A DNA stretch of 58,985 bases, the filler included, from Catajapyx aquilonaris (Eukaryota): the NCBI GenBank assembly GCA_000934665.2. It is 2 parts of 2 records of this genome, joined end to end, with 100 filler letters (N's around TTAATTAATTAA, not from the genome) between each part and the next. Parts side by side here need not be neighbours in the genome. Positions count along the whole stretch, not along the records: positions 1 to 29,473 come from JYFJ02004798.1; 1 more part is not named here. One strand, 5' to 3'. The notes beneath the pieces were generated by a model. It worked only from the letters and a program-made list of their open reading frames with translations, was not told where the DNA came from and ran no database searches. The translations under genes were made by a program, and so were the position numbers. Positions 13,690 to 27,400 of the stretch are shown piece after piece. Each line of letters opens with the position of its first letter. The stretch's first letter is position 1.

Positions 13690-14715
13690 TAGTTTTTGCT
13701 CATTCTCTTGGCGAGAGGTAGTTTCAACTGTTCTTGACGCGAGACACCGCACCGCCTGGTTTTTACATTTCCAGCGACATGGCCTAAATCACTCTTGAAT
13801 TTAGTGATTGAAGCCATTACTCTTGTGCAGTAGACGTTTTATGCTGTCTTAACTGTTAATCGACTGAATTGCGCTAAAATTTTATCGCGCTCCTTCTAAT
13901 GGTAATGAGCACTGAATAAAGTGTGAGAACAATAACAATGCAAAGCACTCGATATTAATTTATTATGTCAATTACTCAATAGAAAGTTTTTAATTTGGCG
14001 GGTCACTCCATAACCACTGCACATATCTGCAATATAATATATGGCCCCAGTGACCCTTGTGTAAGTTCACTTCAGCGTAATTAAATTGCTCCAAGGAGAC
14101 TTGACATGCCCACAACTTTATTGTTTGCCTTACTGATTGCATGGATCTGCCATTGTTGAAAAAACCAGCCTTAATATTCGTCAATGTGAGTGTAGTACAC
14201 AATATCAAATGGGGATGATTTATACTTGAGCTTGATATTTCCACAACCAATGTAAAGCTTGGTTTTGCGTGTACTTTACATAATGATTGTTTATGGCAAT
14301 AAGTGTAATGTCCAGAAATGTACAGGTTTCCTATAAGTGAACATATACACCTAGCCTGCCTGTTTGGTCGCTTGTCATTGTATTAATTCCCACAAGATAG
14401 GCACCTTGTGATTACATGGAGCAATCGCGTAAGTTATTATGTAACCACATGTATCGCCTACTTTTGTTCATGTTCATTCGGGGTGAACAAAGAGAAATAA
14501 ACTTTTTCTGTTACGATAAAAATAATCCGTCACAGACATGGACGTTCCTATAATAAGAATCCCCCCCNCCCCCCCCCGCCCGAAATCTTACAATTTCCCA
14601 CATGTATAATTTAATACCTTTTTTGGACATTTTTTTTTCTCAAGATGCAGGTCATCTAGCTTTGCAAAGGTGTACGGGGTTAAAATTGATACTGTCAGAA
14701 TTATTTGGAGAGTAA

Positions 14716-14843
14716 GGGCCGGTTTCACCGAGCTTGGTATAATTATGATAAAACCAGGTTTCTTTAGGAAAATCCATACAAATAGATAGGGATTTTGAGA
14801 AATCCCTGGTTTTATCATATACTGAGCTCGGTGAAACCGGCCC
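14716..14843. mobile_element. PIF/Harbinger-type palindromic MITE (128 bp)
   Basis: GGGCCGGTTTCACCGAGCT ... AGCTCGGTGAAACCGGCCC, nearly fully palindromic, flanked by TAA and TTA. Confidence 0.8.
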
Positions 14844-17800
14844 TTATACGTGGTAAGAAAATTGCTTCGTGATTTACCATGGATGCCGGCCAAAGCACCC
14901 TAATTGTACAATGAGCAGTGGAATTCAAAAAATTAGGTTGGTGACACAGACCTACAGTAAGACAATATTATTGAAGTGGGCAATTTGCCATCATCACAAC
15001 CAGTGTGAGGCGGCAGCTGATGACATGTGGCAACACAATTAACAGTGAACTAAAAAATTTTGTTCCTCACTTCACCAGCCTGCTCTCTGGACAGCTGTAG
15101 CTTTGTCTGAATTGCAGTGTGTGTTCATCTTATTTCCGACATAACACTTAACTTTTTTGCCAACTCACTCGATAAACTATAATTATTCCAGACACTTTTT
15201 TGTGCCTATTCTCTAAAAAAGCGATTTCATGCGATGAGTTGCAGCAAATACTACTAGGCCTGTAGATGGAGGCAACAAATCAGTATTTGCCTACAAGCAC
15301 GGATAAAATAGTGACTCATCTTGTGAATCAACTTCCAAATCAATGATATGTAAACTATACGGTATATGCTTCGTGCCAAAAGTTATTAACTGCTATCCGC
15401 ATTTGATTCCTGTCTGCTCCATGTGTCGGATGACTCCCATATGCGCACGATCTGTCAACAACTCATCTCTAACCCCAATCTTTAGCATCATATTGCCTAA
15501 ATAGTACATCATACAACGCAGAATATACTTCTATCTATACAGTGAATAATGTTCCTCAGATACTTATTGAAAGTACATTACTAATCTGAAGAAGAAAAAA
15601 AATCATTTCATCCTGCTTAAAATTAGGCCTGCTGGTTAGGAAACCTGCGGCAGGCCTTCGGTGAGTGCACGACGTGCGATCAATTGGTTCGAGCAGTTCA
15701 AATTAACAGATCAGTGGGGGGGGGGGGGGGGGGNGGGGGGGAGAAAAAAAAACACTAATAGCATGGCAAATCTCGCAAAAACCCCAAAAAGAACCGGTTG
15801 AAAGTGTTAAGTATAATGGGAGCCAGAAAGGGCAAAAAAACTGGCAGGTTATGGCCCATCAGGTAGCTGCCCTCCCCTTTCGCTTTCATGTAATTTATAC
15901 ATAATCACATGACGATACGTAATGTTACTGCAGTAACGGTACGTATGCATTGCGGCAATGCTCGTAGCCATTTGGATATGCAGGGAAATTCAGCGGGTCT
16001 ATTAACTCGGAAGGATAAGCATAAACAGTGCCATTAATAGACCACTTCTAAGGCTGCGTTATTCTTGGAGGAAATAGTGCATAGAAATGATAAGTGGTGC
16101 TTGAGAAAGGGCTGGTTAGTGGAATAGTGTCGCAATTACCTCAAGTTTCCATGTAAAACCTACTGTTTTGTGCGTTTGCACTGTTTCTAAAAATTCATAG
16201 CTCGTGCAATATACCACGTGTGCAATGTGAAATATACCAGCTGGCACTATAGTAAAGTTAATATGAAAATAGCCCTAAACCTAAAGCATGGTCCAGTATA
16301 GCCTATAGCTAAACCCCCCCATTTGCTTCAGAGGGCGATTTCTTGGTCTATTATAAGACCAAAACACTTTATTTGGCTGCAAGGTATAGTTATGGCGTGC
16401 GGAGGATATTAAGTTTAGATTACATTACGATTGCGTGCAATAGAGATTATCTTCAATAGCACACCACACGTCTAGCATCTCTCCTTGACGTTTGATGTGC
16501 CCTGCAGGATATTTTTTTAAATACCCCCCAATGGTAACAGCATCAAATTTTAATTTCCATCACACGCCGTAACTGTACTTTTGAGCAAAAAGTGATGTAT
16601 ATTAGTATAATATTTTGGTTTTATAATAGGCCAATGGATTGGCCTATCTGGACTAACTCCGTGAGTTACACATTATTACGTGTAAGTTAATTAACCGAAC
16701 AAGTGTGTTCATTGAATTATTCGGGGCATGTTGTAACAAAGCCTGTAAAATTTGAACGGTCTATATTTCATTGTTAGTAATTGCTTGATGTTAAATAAAT
16801 AACAATGGGGTATACATGCCATTAACAATTTACAGGTTTTGATTCAAGTTTTAAAACTCGAACGCAGACACAAGTCGATTCTAAATTTGATTGTTAAAAG
16901 CCAAGTAAATTATCTGATGAATTGACAATTGAAGGCCTGAAACTCGCTCGATCAGAATCACACTATAAAGTCATTTCAACGTATGAAAATTTTAAATTTA
17001 AGATTCAATTATTTCTTATAGGTTCCCTTTTCGAAGCATCTTTCTAAGAAACTGCTATTGGTTAGAAGACTGACTTGACCATCATAAAGTACTATACACT
17101 GCAAGGAACACATTACACTTAGCATCGATCAAAATATTAATATTACCTTCCTGAATTTCAGATCTTAAATTGAATCCAAAAATGCGTTAAATTTTAACTA
17201 AAATTATTACAACCCAACCAAATCTATTACACAACACCAAATAAAACTCAACCAACTGCTGGGTGCCAGCAATGGAATATGAAAGGCAGAGGCTAATATA
17301 TAAAACGCAGCTGGAGGAAGAGCCAGAATTGATTTGTTAGTTTATTAACGAGAACAAAGGCCGGGTGGTTGAAAGGAGAAAATCGTCGGGCAGCAGGTTC
17401 GGAAAGATCCCCAGTCGTTGCGTGCGACGCTGCCTTTAAATTTTCACTCCCAATTATCTCCTTAAGGCATCATCGGATGCGGCTTTTTGACAGCCTTACA
17501 TCATATGCCGTGCCGGAGTGTGAATTGGCCAGGGACCTTTCAAATCTATTGCCCACCATGGGGAAACAAAAGAAAAATATAGGGTTTCTTCAAATATGAC
17601 GTGGTGTATTTTGACCCAAGCTGTGTGCAATGCAAGAAATTGTGTATATTGGCTATGTACAGTATGAACAATAAAAGTAGGGGTTACAAAAAATTATTAG
17701 TTGTAACATGCAATTATTTACAAACGCTGGAAAACACCTATCTTGTAACTACGTACATTGTAGGCAGCATGTTGTTATCCTTGCCAAAAGTAAGCACTGA

Positions 17801-20800
17801 AAGTCCGCAAAATATACTCAAACATAGGCCTATTATACGTAGCAATTCGAATCCAAGTAGGCTACCGTTTGACCGTATTTGTTTTACATTTTTCTCAAAA
17901 AAGTCAACATCCGCATGAAGGCTGTCTATGTGATTAGATCGAAACCATTTTTTTAGAATATTGGCACCGGATTTTGTAAGATTGTGTCGAACAATCTCCT
18001 TTCCAAGATAGTCTGAAGGTGGAGAAACATGTGAAGGTCATTCTATGAAAGATATGGACCATGGTCTGTATATACTGTTTGGGAAATGCCCAAACATGTT
18101 CCACCTGAATTGTTGGAGAATGACTTACCACAATGCCTGACTGCAAATGACTGTTAAGCGGACATTAATTAATCAAAGGCTAGGACAGTTACAGTTTTGC
18201 CATCTACAGAAATCTTTTGGCAAGAGTGATCAAAAGGCAAAAGAATGTAGGCCTATTCTTGGAGGCGAGAGTCCTCGACATAAGCTTACAACCTTTGGTT
18301 CCACGACTCTAAAAATGCTTCGATTGACATGAGTTTTGTGTACCGTGATACATGATGACATGCGGCGTGACTATATGTAAATTTTTGGAAGAAATTATCT
18401 TTTTAAAAAATACGATCAAACGGTACTTTCTCTCGGAATGCTGTAATTACTGTCGATCACAGCAATTAGTACACGATTCACTAATTGCAAAACAGCAATT
18501 AAACCAGTCACTGATATATACTTAAATGCACATACGTTATAATTATAACCAGATATTCATACCTGATGCAACAAATATTTCGCCGTGTATTTCTCAACAG
18601 CTTATGAGTCATGACATAGCAGCCTTGCTGATATTTGCATGCGCCTCACTTGAACTAACGTGAATATTCAAGGTTTCTAGGATTGAATGCATGCATAAGT
18701 AAATCAAAATCAAGTGGTAATTTAATATTTTAATGCTTCACCTGGTAGCCATGAATGAGCCAACAGGTTTTTAAGCAATTCTCATTAATATGCCAAGAGT
18801 ACAAGTCAGTTTTTATGTTACAGTCAGAGGCGCAACCTAAAATTAATCAACTCTTAATTACATGGTAACATTAATTACGGATTAACAATATTCATGCCGT
18901 TATCGAATCAGTTTCCAATTTTCACCTATCCAGCTTTCGCTGCCCCCAACTGGTAACCCTGCAAGCTAAACCTCCAATAATAATTATGCAGGCCTACGAA
19001 TAGACGCGCCCCCGCAGGTATATAAAACTTGAATCCAACATCTGCCCCTCCTTGCCCTGATATTATTGGTGGGGACCACCACCTAAATATTTTAAAATTT
19101 CATGGAGCCTGTATATATACATACCAAATAGTGTTGCTGAATAAAAAAATGGAAACCTTTGTTTTAAGGCAGAATTTTCAACATGGACGTAAAACTGATT
19201 GTCCAACATAAGCCCCCAAGTAATATCGCTTATTTTGAAAGTTCAGTAATTACTCACACGTAATATCGCTATGTTTATTCGTGGAAAGTGAATGGCGTAT
19301 GTTCAGTGGATTGTTTTCTACTCTTCATAGAATGCCTATACTCTAGTTCAAAACTGACTCTGGCAAACAATAAATAATTAATTAATGAAATGTTTTTGGC
19401 ATGAATTTTATGACACTATCACGTGCCCTGAGTAAAACTTGAAACGGTTCTGAAGCCATATGTTGGATGGCAGTGTGCATGAAATATTGTACAGTTGCTG
19501 AGTATTATCCTCTTGTTGAAGTCTTTTTAGGGGAACATTCAAGTAACTGCTACCTGTAGACATGTGGGTTTTCTTATAAGAAAATATGTAGCACCATTGC
19601 ACTGCTTCAGGTGGGTGGAATACTTACTGTATAGTGCTTGCTCGTTGCAATATTGTATCAACAACATTATTTACTTATTTAGAAAGTAGACTACCTCTGT
19701 CTAAGTGATTGTTACAGCTGGTCAATTCCACAAAAACTATTAAATACTCCTCCAGTAACCTTACCAAATGCATAGAAATTGGACTATTTTAGTCCCACAA
19801 GCAAGCCAGTGTACTGGAAAGCTCGGTGGAATAAAATTAATAATGTAGTCTACTATCCCAAATGATACGTCGCAATCCCATATTTCAACAAAACTTTGAA
19901 TGTTTCATAAGTTCAGCATGTTCGCTTTCAAAAATGACAATCTGCATTAATAATAACATTATTGCTGCTGTTGTTAATAGTGCGCCATTTCTTTGAGGCG
20001 TCCATCAGCACAAATCTTGACGCTTTCGTAATTATACTGGATAGGCTGTAGCAACTATAGAGATCTATGGGAAAGTATTAGATGCAAGTGTACCCCAAAT
20101 AAAACACAAACCAAGTGTGTTGCTATTTCCAATAGGAATAACGTTCATTTGCTTGGCGCCGATACGGACACATGATCAAATGGCACAAATTTTTTACTAA
20201 ACAAAGTACTTGCAATATGATACACTTTTCTGTATTATTATCCTGAGTTAAGTTCGATCTCATCGTATTTGTTTTTGGGTTATTATGGGTGGGATGCACC
20301 AATCAGAGTCGGTTCGCTCGTCTAGCCTGCTGATGCCGCTGCTGCCGTCGCGGTGATTGGAGAACCCCGCAGCCACAATAACCGAAAACAAAGACTTGTG
20401 AACCCGGGCTTACTGTATCCCAATCTGTTGTATTCAACTCTTGGATTATTAGCAATAAATAGTCTATTTTAGGAAAAATACGCCATTTTGGTGTGTCACA
20501 CAAAATATGTTGTTGTAATAATGCACCGAATCCTATAATACCAAGTAGCAATATAATTCCAACCGCAATTTTTGCCCTTTTGGAAATATGCCGAGAACAC
20601 TATTTGGGATTAAATGCCGCTTATGTCCGTATCCTGATGGATGCGAGCATTAATGCTGTCTTTGTCTACAAATAGTTATCCTCATCATGTAGCAACGGCA
20701 AGAGCAACGGGCGAAAAATTTAAGCGCATTGTGACCTTGCGACTCTCCAATAACTTGTCTCATCTTAATCTGGATCTACGGACAAACATGGCGGAAAACA

Positions 20801-23307
20801 CGTCACGTAGTACGTAACACACTCCATCACGACAGATTATATTATTTTTGTGTCTTTATTCACCTTGTATAGTCGCCATAGTTCTTGTTTCCCTTGCGAC
20901 TACTGTTTTTACGAGTTCTACAGTGACGAGCAAAATTATATGAACACTGACGTGTCCGGCCGACAGTAGTGAGTTGATATTGAATGTTAAAAACCGAACG
21001 TTTTCTGGAAAGTCCGACCTTTTTCCAGAAATAATGGGTTTATTTGAACAAAAAGCTGTTACTCTGATAATCAAAATTTCCGACTTAAAAAAAACAACAA
21101 TACTAGCCGTTACGTGTCTGAAATGCAAAGACTACAAATGCTCATAATTTTCTGGACAGATAGGACTGAGGCAATATTGTTACTCGCCTTTCAAATATTG
21201 CAATGACCGGAAGACACGGCTGAGCTTAAGCATTGTTATGATCTTGTGACATCCACAGCAGGGTATGTGTAACAAAATAATCCTAACGGGTAAGTTAGAT
21301 AATCTGTATAGGACACCCATATCTCTTGGACCGTTAAGATTTTTGGTGTAAATGGTTATTGACAGTGTCTATACTAGAAAAGCGAGAGAATATATCAAAA
21401 AAGTGCTCCTCGTGTGAGATACAAAAATTGCAAATTTGCACTTTTTTCAAGTTGCAAAAGGCCGCAGAAGGAGCTTATAGGAACCTGCAATAATATATAT
21501 TTCATTTTTCTGGCATTGGTAACGGCAACAAATTTTTCTCAGTCACATTGTTCACTAAAACAAATATTCATGAAGTTGATGGCTGTGCAATCGTTTTCGT
21601 ACCACGTGGAAACACCCCAAATAGGGCATTAATACATCACGTTTATTCAAATGTCAGTTGCAGTGCGTAGTATATGTCACTTTAAAAATCTGACATACGA
21701 ATCCCATAATTTTTGAATTAAAACTTCATACAGGTACAGGTTTCTGTGGCGATTTGAAACTTGAAAAATATTGTGTTCCCACATCCGTTCTATCTCCTAC
21801 AGTATACAGTAGATCTCGAATCAGGGACACTGTCTTGCAATTATAGTTTTCTTTTTCTATCAGACACCTACCCAACACCATTTTCACCGAAAATGTGTAG
21901 GCCTACCAACTTGCCTACCAAGTAAAATAGGTGCTTGTGCTCCAGGCTACCCATCTTATATACTGGCTAGGATTCTTTGTGAAACTCCATATGGAATTCT
22001 TCTCTGTTCAAACGGGACACTTACATGAGATGGTTGTGTAAGTAAATAATGTCACAATATACGTTGATAAAAATGCTACAATTAAAAATGAAGTTAATGG
22101 GATGGTTATCATACTATTGAAAGAAAAGGAACATTTTTTATTCAGTTATAGGTATATAATCATTAAAATGAACAACAGCAACAGAAGCCTTGCATGTAAT
22201 ACGAGACCTGGTCGACTAACGTGTGGTCCTTAGATATCTTCATCCGTTACCTGAAGCTTCTCATGGTTTCCATCTGCCTTCTTGTTTGTGCTACCACCTA
22301 CTCAGTTCTCAGGCTACGCAGCAAATCATGCTTTATATGCCCACGCACCTGGCCCAAAAATGACCACTTACATGATCAGATACACAAGCACGTGGTTATA
22401 AAGATAGCCCGAAAGTTACCGCGGTTAGCAGCAAGTATAACGTGTTTCTCATTGATTGGGGGGGGGGTGACTATTGTTATAGAATATAGACTATAGATGA
22501 TTGATCTAGAGATGCAACATTGAGTATGCCTATTTTTTAAATTTTCGTGTGATAATCGATCCATATCGCCAATAGGCATTAGTCTACTGAATCTACTCTA
22601 CCATATTACGGTAGCGATGATTGTTTTTTTTAAACGTAACCAATCGTTTGATGTGAATCACCCTCCTGTTATGGGAAGTATATTTACTTTCACAATCACG
22701 ACACAATACATTAATTATTCTGCTATACGATTTGTCAGTTGTGTTAAAATATTTGTAGTGTAAAACAATGTAAAATAAGGTCTAGTTACAGTAAGTTATA
22801 GTCTACGTTTGAGGTCCACTAGTTCTAAAAGCCTAAACCATTACACTGCCGACTAACTTTCAACAATATCAACAATGCAACTATAGCAAAGGCTATAAGT
22901 TACGTCAATATCCAAATCCAATGCCGACCCTAGACCACAACATTCTAACACGTTTTTAAAAAGTTGATCGGGTTTGACCAGTTGCTTGATTTTTATCTGT
23001 GGGATTACTTAATGATGTTGAACTATATATTTGAAAAAATTAAATGAATACCCCATGAACAGTTATTTTGCCTTTAAAAGGGGAAACGGGTGGGTGAGCT
23101 TCAGTAGCAGTGTGACAACACAACAATTCGATATTCCAGATGTATAATATGGCATAATACACAGATGGAAATGGTCGTATAATCATTTTGTTCAACCAGG
23201 TTTATGAGCTTGTTATTATTGATTCAACCAGAGAATGGTCCTGACGTCACACGCCTTTAATTGTTAGTTTTATTGCTGACATTATTTAAAGTCCTCATTG
23301 CCAAAAG

Positions 23308-23573
23308 GCGCCATCAAGGTAGCATAGTGGTTAAAGCCATATAGCCTTTCACCTCTGAGGTCCTGTGTTCGATCATCAGGCCAGACGAATGGATTTTCTC
23401 ATATGAAAATAGTTTCGATCGGCTCTCTCCGTACTCGCGTGGGTTTACTCGGGGTTATCCCGTATCCTTTCGCAATCAAAATTCACCATCAGCACAGTCA
23501 ATGATCAAGGTCGGATGTTGAAAGGAAAGTCCTCTAAAAGGCCCCAGTAGGCCTATCAAGGGATATCCAATTA
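23308..23573 (+). mobile_element. Old tRNA-derived SINE, family 2
   Basis: A box TAGCATAGTGG, B box GTTCGATC. Internal GTGGGTTTACTCGGGGTTATCCCGTATCC resembles the GGGTTTTCTCCGGGTACTCCGGTTTCC core of V/Meta-type SINEs. Possible eroded TSD TAAAGTCCT on both sides. Confidence 0.6.
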
Positions 23574-24072
23574 TAAAGTCCTTGTTGTCATTGGGATGTC
23601 AATACACAGTAATTTCTGATTGAATCAATGATAACTTGAAGTGGAATGATCTCTTATACAATTATGGAGTCATTTACTTTGATAATATTAAGAGAAATGC
23701 AATTGCCTCAGCAGGAAACTGACTTCAGAAAGTACCGCAGCGAGGACTACAAGATTGCGCAAAGCCTAACTCAATTTTGACCAAAATTCTACTCTAATTG
23801 GTGTGCAATTCCGGTCTTGGGAAAATACTGATCCGATTAGGCATCCTGATTTTAAGGTAAGCAGCATGTAACAATGAATGGAAAAAGGACAAACGCAAGA
23901 AACTTTTTCTCCCAAATTCCGAATTTTGGTTTCTTCAAACCGACTCTTTGTTGACAGTCTGCAGGTAATGTTTTATACTACAGTAAACAAAATATTATCA
24001 TGGTTTTACTTAGGAGTAAGACGTTGCTTCTACATAATTATTTCACTTGTCATTAGCATATACTGTAGAGAC

Positions 24073-24197
24073 CAAAGGGGTAACCACTTCGGTACTCCGG
24101 TGAGTACTCCCAGGTACTCCTTAGGTACCTTACTCTTTGGTACTCCTTGAATTTGGTACTCCAGTGTACACTTTTCAGTCGAGTGGTTACCCCCTTG
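24073..24197. mobile_element. Short hAT- or P-type MITE (125 bp)
   Basis: TIRs CAAAGGGGTAACCACT / AGTGGTTACCCCCTTG, 8-bp TSD GTAGAGAC/GTAGAAAC (1 mismatch), internal GGTACTCC repeats. Confidence 0.75.
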
Positions 24198-25401
24198 GTA
24201 GAAACACACGTTTTATTTCTGAATTACAAGTCTTTGTCTTCAACCCTTCCCAGTATAGGCTACAATATTGTTTATACTGTATGGTCCTGTTGCACCACTG
24301 AGATAAGCCGTGAATCTAGAAGTTTTATTTGTTACCAATATTGCTGGGTTTATAGTTGCATTCTTATTATCTTCGTTATTATTCTCTTTAGGGAAAATGG
24401 CTCTCCCTGCATCAAACATCGCTTCAAAAGAGGGATATTGCAAAACTGGTCCATCATAACACTATATAAGTAAATAAATGCGTCTGGTTGTTGTCATAAT
24501 TATTCAGAAAGGATAACGATGATTGTGCACGTTCAATATCAATTGAAGCACTTTCATTAAAATGAATTTGCAATTAATATTTATCTCCCGGCAACTTATT
24601 GATGTTTCCATGCAGAGCAGTTACCTTGCTTGTGCAGCACGAAGACTCTCAAACTATTACTGACACGTACAAAGCAGTGCTGCGGGGTAAAACTGAATAT
24701 ATAGGGACGGGCTTAGTTACGGGCCTTCAGGCTTAGTTAAGAGGATACCAAAGTCAAATCCCCTGCACAAAGGTATGGACACAACTCTAAATATTATCTT
24801 ATTTTGTGCTTTTTTGACAAATACATAGATCAAGTAAGGCAAACCCGTAAACATTCGCATTATGTGATCCCCATTATAGGCGCCAGAAATGTATACCGTT
24901 TTCTAAGAGAGTAGCAGAGGGTTTTTCGATCCACTGCCATGATATCATAATGTTGCAGCTTGCAGGAACCCACTTCCTTCATAGCCAAGCTCCTTGTAGC
25001 CCATTTACTGGGACACGCAACATTACCTGTATAATTAGACCTAATATACTCATTTAAACTCTCTGGCATAGAAAATTAGTATGAAATATGAATGCAAACT
25101 ATCCACCGGAATTATGATATCATTAATGTGGCATATAGATGCGCACGTGGCGCAATAAAAAACTCCATGAAGAAAGAAAAAAACCTTTATGAAATGAACC
25201 ATTCTATAGCATGCAGCGGTTTCGTGGTGTAATTTGTGTGTTTCATAACCAATTTTCTGAATTCATAACTTCACATGATAGCTATAATTAAAAGTCAATA
25301 ATGCCACTCTGCTGCTATTTAACAATATCAACTAATTTAGCTGAAGACTTTTAAAAATAGGCTACTTATAACTACATTAATGATTCAATATTTAATGAGT
25401 G

Positions 25402-25739
25402 GGGGGAGGCGAAGTGGTGCTGCGGTAACGTACGCGCCCACGGATGTTAAGGTCCCGGGTTCGATCCCAACCCGGGGACACCCCCTTCATCTCGTGCAGA
25501 GTTCATTGGGTCACCTCTGGCTTCGTCTCGGGTGGTATTTCCTACAGACTAAACCACCCGGGGGAGTTCACTAAAAATGGCCACATTAAGACATTGCACT
25601 GCACCTTGAACATCCCCTCCTGTCATCCTGCCCGTGGGCCCGGGCGTTACGTGTAAAGGCTCCAATGTACACGACAAAAATAAATAAAGGTCCGTGCTAC
25701 ATACCTCTGATGAGGTCAGCACTACCCCGGATTATTATT
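25402..25739 (+). mobile_element. tRNA-derived SINE, family 1 head and core with an (ATT)n tail
   Basis: A box TGGTGCTGCGG, B box GGTTCGATCCC, ATTATTATT tail. Perfect 14-bp TSD ATATTTAATGAGTG at 25388 and 25740. Confidence 0.9.
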
Positions 25740-26199
25740 ATATTTAATGAGTGTGTAATTTTCATATTCGTTATTTGTTATGTCACGCAGAAGTTTTAAT
25801 TATTGCTTCATGCTTAATTTTCCTTGCGTTACTCCGAACATCTTTACATGCTTGCGGAGCCAACTCACTCTCACACAGTGTACACTATGAGTGTTATGAA
25901 GACTATAAGTAGACCTGAGTTTTTAAAGTAGTTGTCAAATATTGATATTAACTTACACAATGTCTGTAGGGATATGCTAATTCTAACAATTCCAGGCCGA
26001 TATTCCATATATTTCTTTACAAATAAATTAATTGTATACATATAAGTTATTATAAACTATACTTTCCTACCTACTCACACGGAAGGAAAAATATATATTG
26101 AAAACTGACATGATGGTAATTCCAAAACAAAATTAATTTTTTTCCTGCCGCAAGGACAAGGGTCAAGGCTTTTTTTTTCACTTCACCTGGTAGTCTCAG

Positions 26200-27400
26200 G
26201 TAAAAGTGAGAGTAACGATCACTGGAGCTGGTGGTGTGCGTGGACTCACAATTTTGTCTGCTATCCGACGAAATAATCTACCATAGATTAGGCTCAGGCA
26301 TTCTGTGAAAGTAGAGGTAGAATGTGGCATCACCGGAGATGACGACTGACCACCTATAGAGCACTTCACAAGAAACATGTTCCGAGAAGTAAATGTTGAA
26401 GATATCCTCATCAACCGCAATTTATTCTTAGAGGGTCGCATTTTTATATTGTTTGAACAAAGTCAGTCTACATTAACACACAACTGAATATTGACAGACT
26501 CGTTTCCTTAAGTCTCCTGTCATGAATTCGTTGCCGACACCAAGCGAGCATTTCCGCCACCTACCAGCCCGCAAATGCCTCGTGTCACGTGATTCTCGCT
26601 TACAACACGCTATAGGAGGCGCCATATCACTAGCTCTTCTTGGATTGAGTGCCATTGTGTACGTGATAACCGTGTGCTCAACTCCTAGCGGGAATAATCT
26701 GTGGTATTCGGCCAGTTGTGCAAAATGCATAAGATGATTGACACTTTCTCATGTAACCGAGTAAGCCCGTGCATAATAGGCCGAGAACACTTACAGCTAG
26801 ATATATAATTACGGTAAAGGACCATCCATAAAGAACGTCACGCTGAGTTTGGGCCTTTTTGATCCCGCCACCCTCCCGCATGGCACGCACCGTCACGGAA
26901 TTCTACGCCATCATCCTCCAAATGTATATCACGCTATAACATGGACCACTCCCCACTCTTTACATTTTCCCCCTCTGTTTGAGGATTGTATAAGAAGGTT
27001 TTACGGTCCAAAATAAGCCTAGTAGAACTATAGCTACAAAATGTATGTTGAATAAAAGATAAAATGGACAGGAACACAATTTTAACAGTATATGGTGCAT
27101 GGTGTGCAGTATGCTCTGAAATGTACCTTCGGCCTCATCAAACAGTATAGATTTTATCTTTAAAAAATAAAATAAAATAAAATAAAAAACGCAGAAACCC
27201 AACCACACCTCGCATATATTGATGGCATTGTGGATATGGCTCTGAAATGGACAATTAATGTGCCACTCATTTCCCATACACTAAGAGCTACGCCCTGGAG
27301 GAAGATACCACGTGTTCTGGCATAATTAAGACATGAAACTTGGCTGGATGTGGGACATCCGGTAAGACTGCTGGCACAGAAATTTACGGCTTTTTGCTGC
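26200..27400 (-). pseudogene. Highly decayed Tc1/mariner-like (DUF4817-type) transposase fragments
   Basis: Scattered minus-strand peptides GNARL, QRIHDRRLKETS, ALNPRRAS, VVISGDATFYL and KSILFDEAEGTF resemble the HTH and ILFSDEATF motifs; many stops and frameshifts. Confidence 0.35.

Noticed and set aside
15716..15741. Poly-G/poly-C runs with embedded N (also at 10250, 14569, 30490, 58026) as G-quadruplex elements
   Set aside because: These are homopolymers at assembly weak points, so their lengths are unreliable.
25700..25735. CTGATGAG in the SINE tail as a hammerhead core
   Set aside because: No downstream GAAA or cleavage-site helix.
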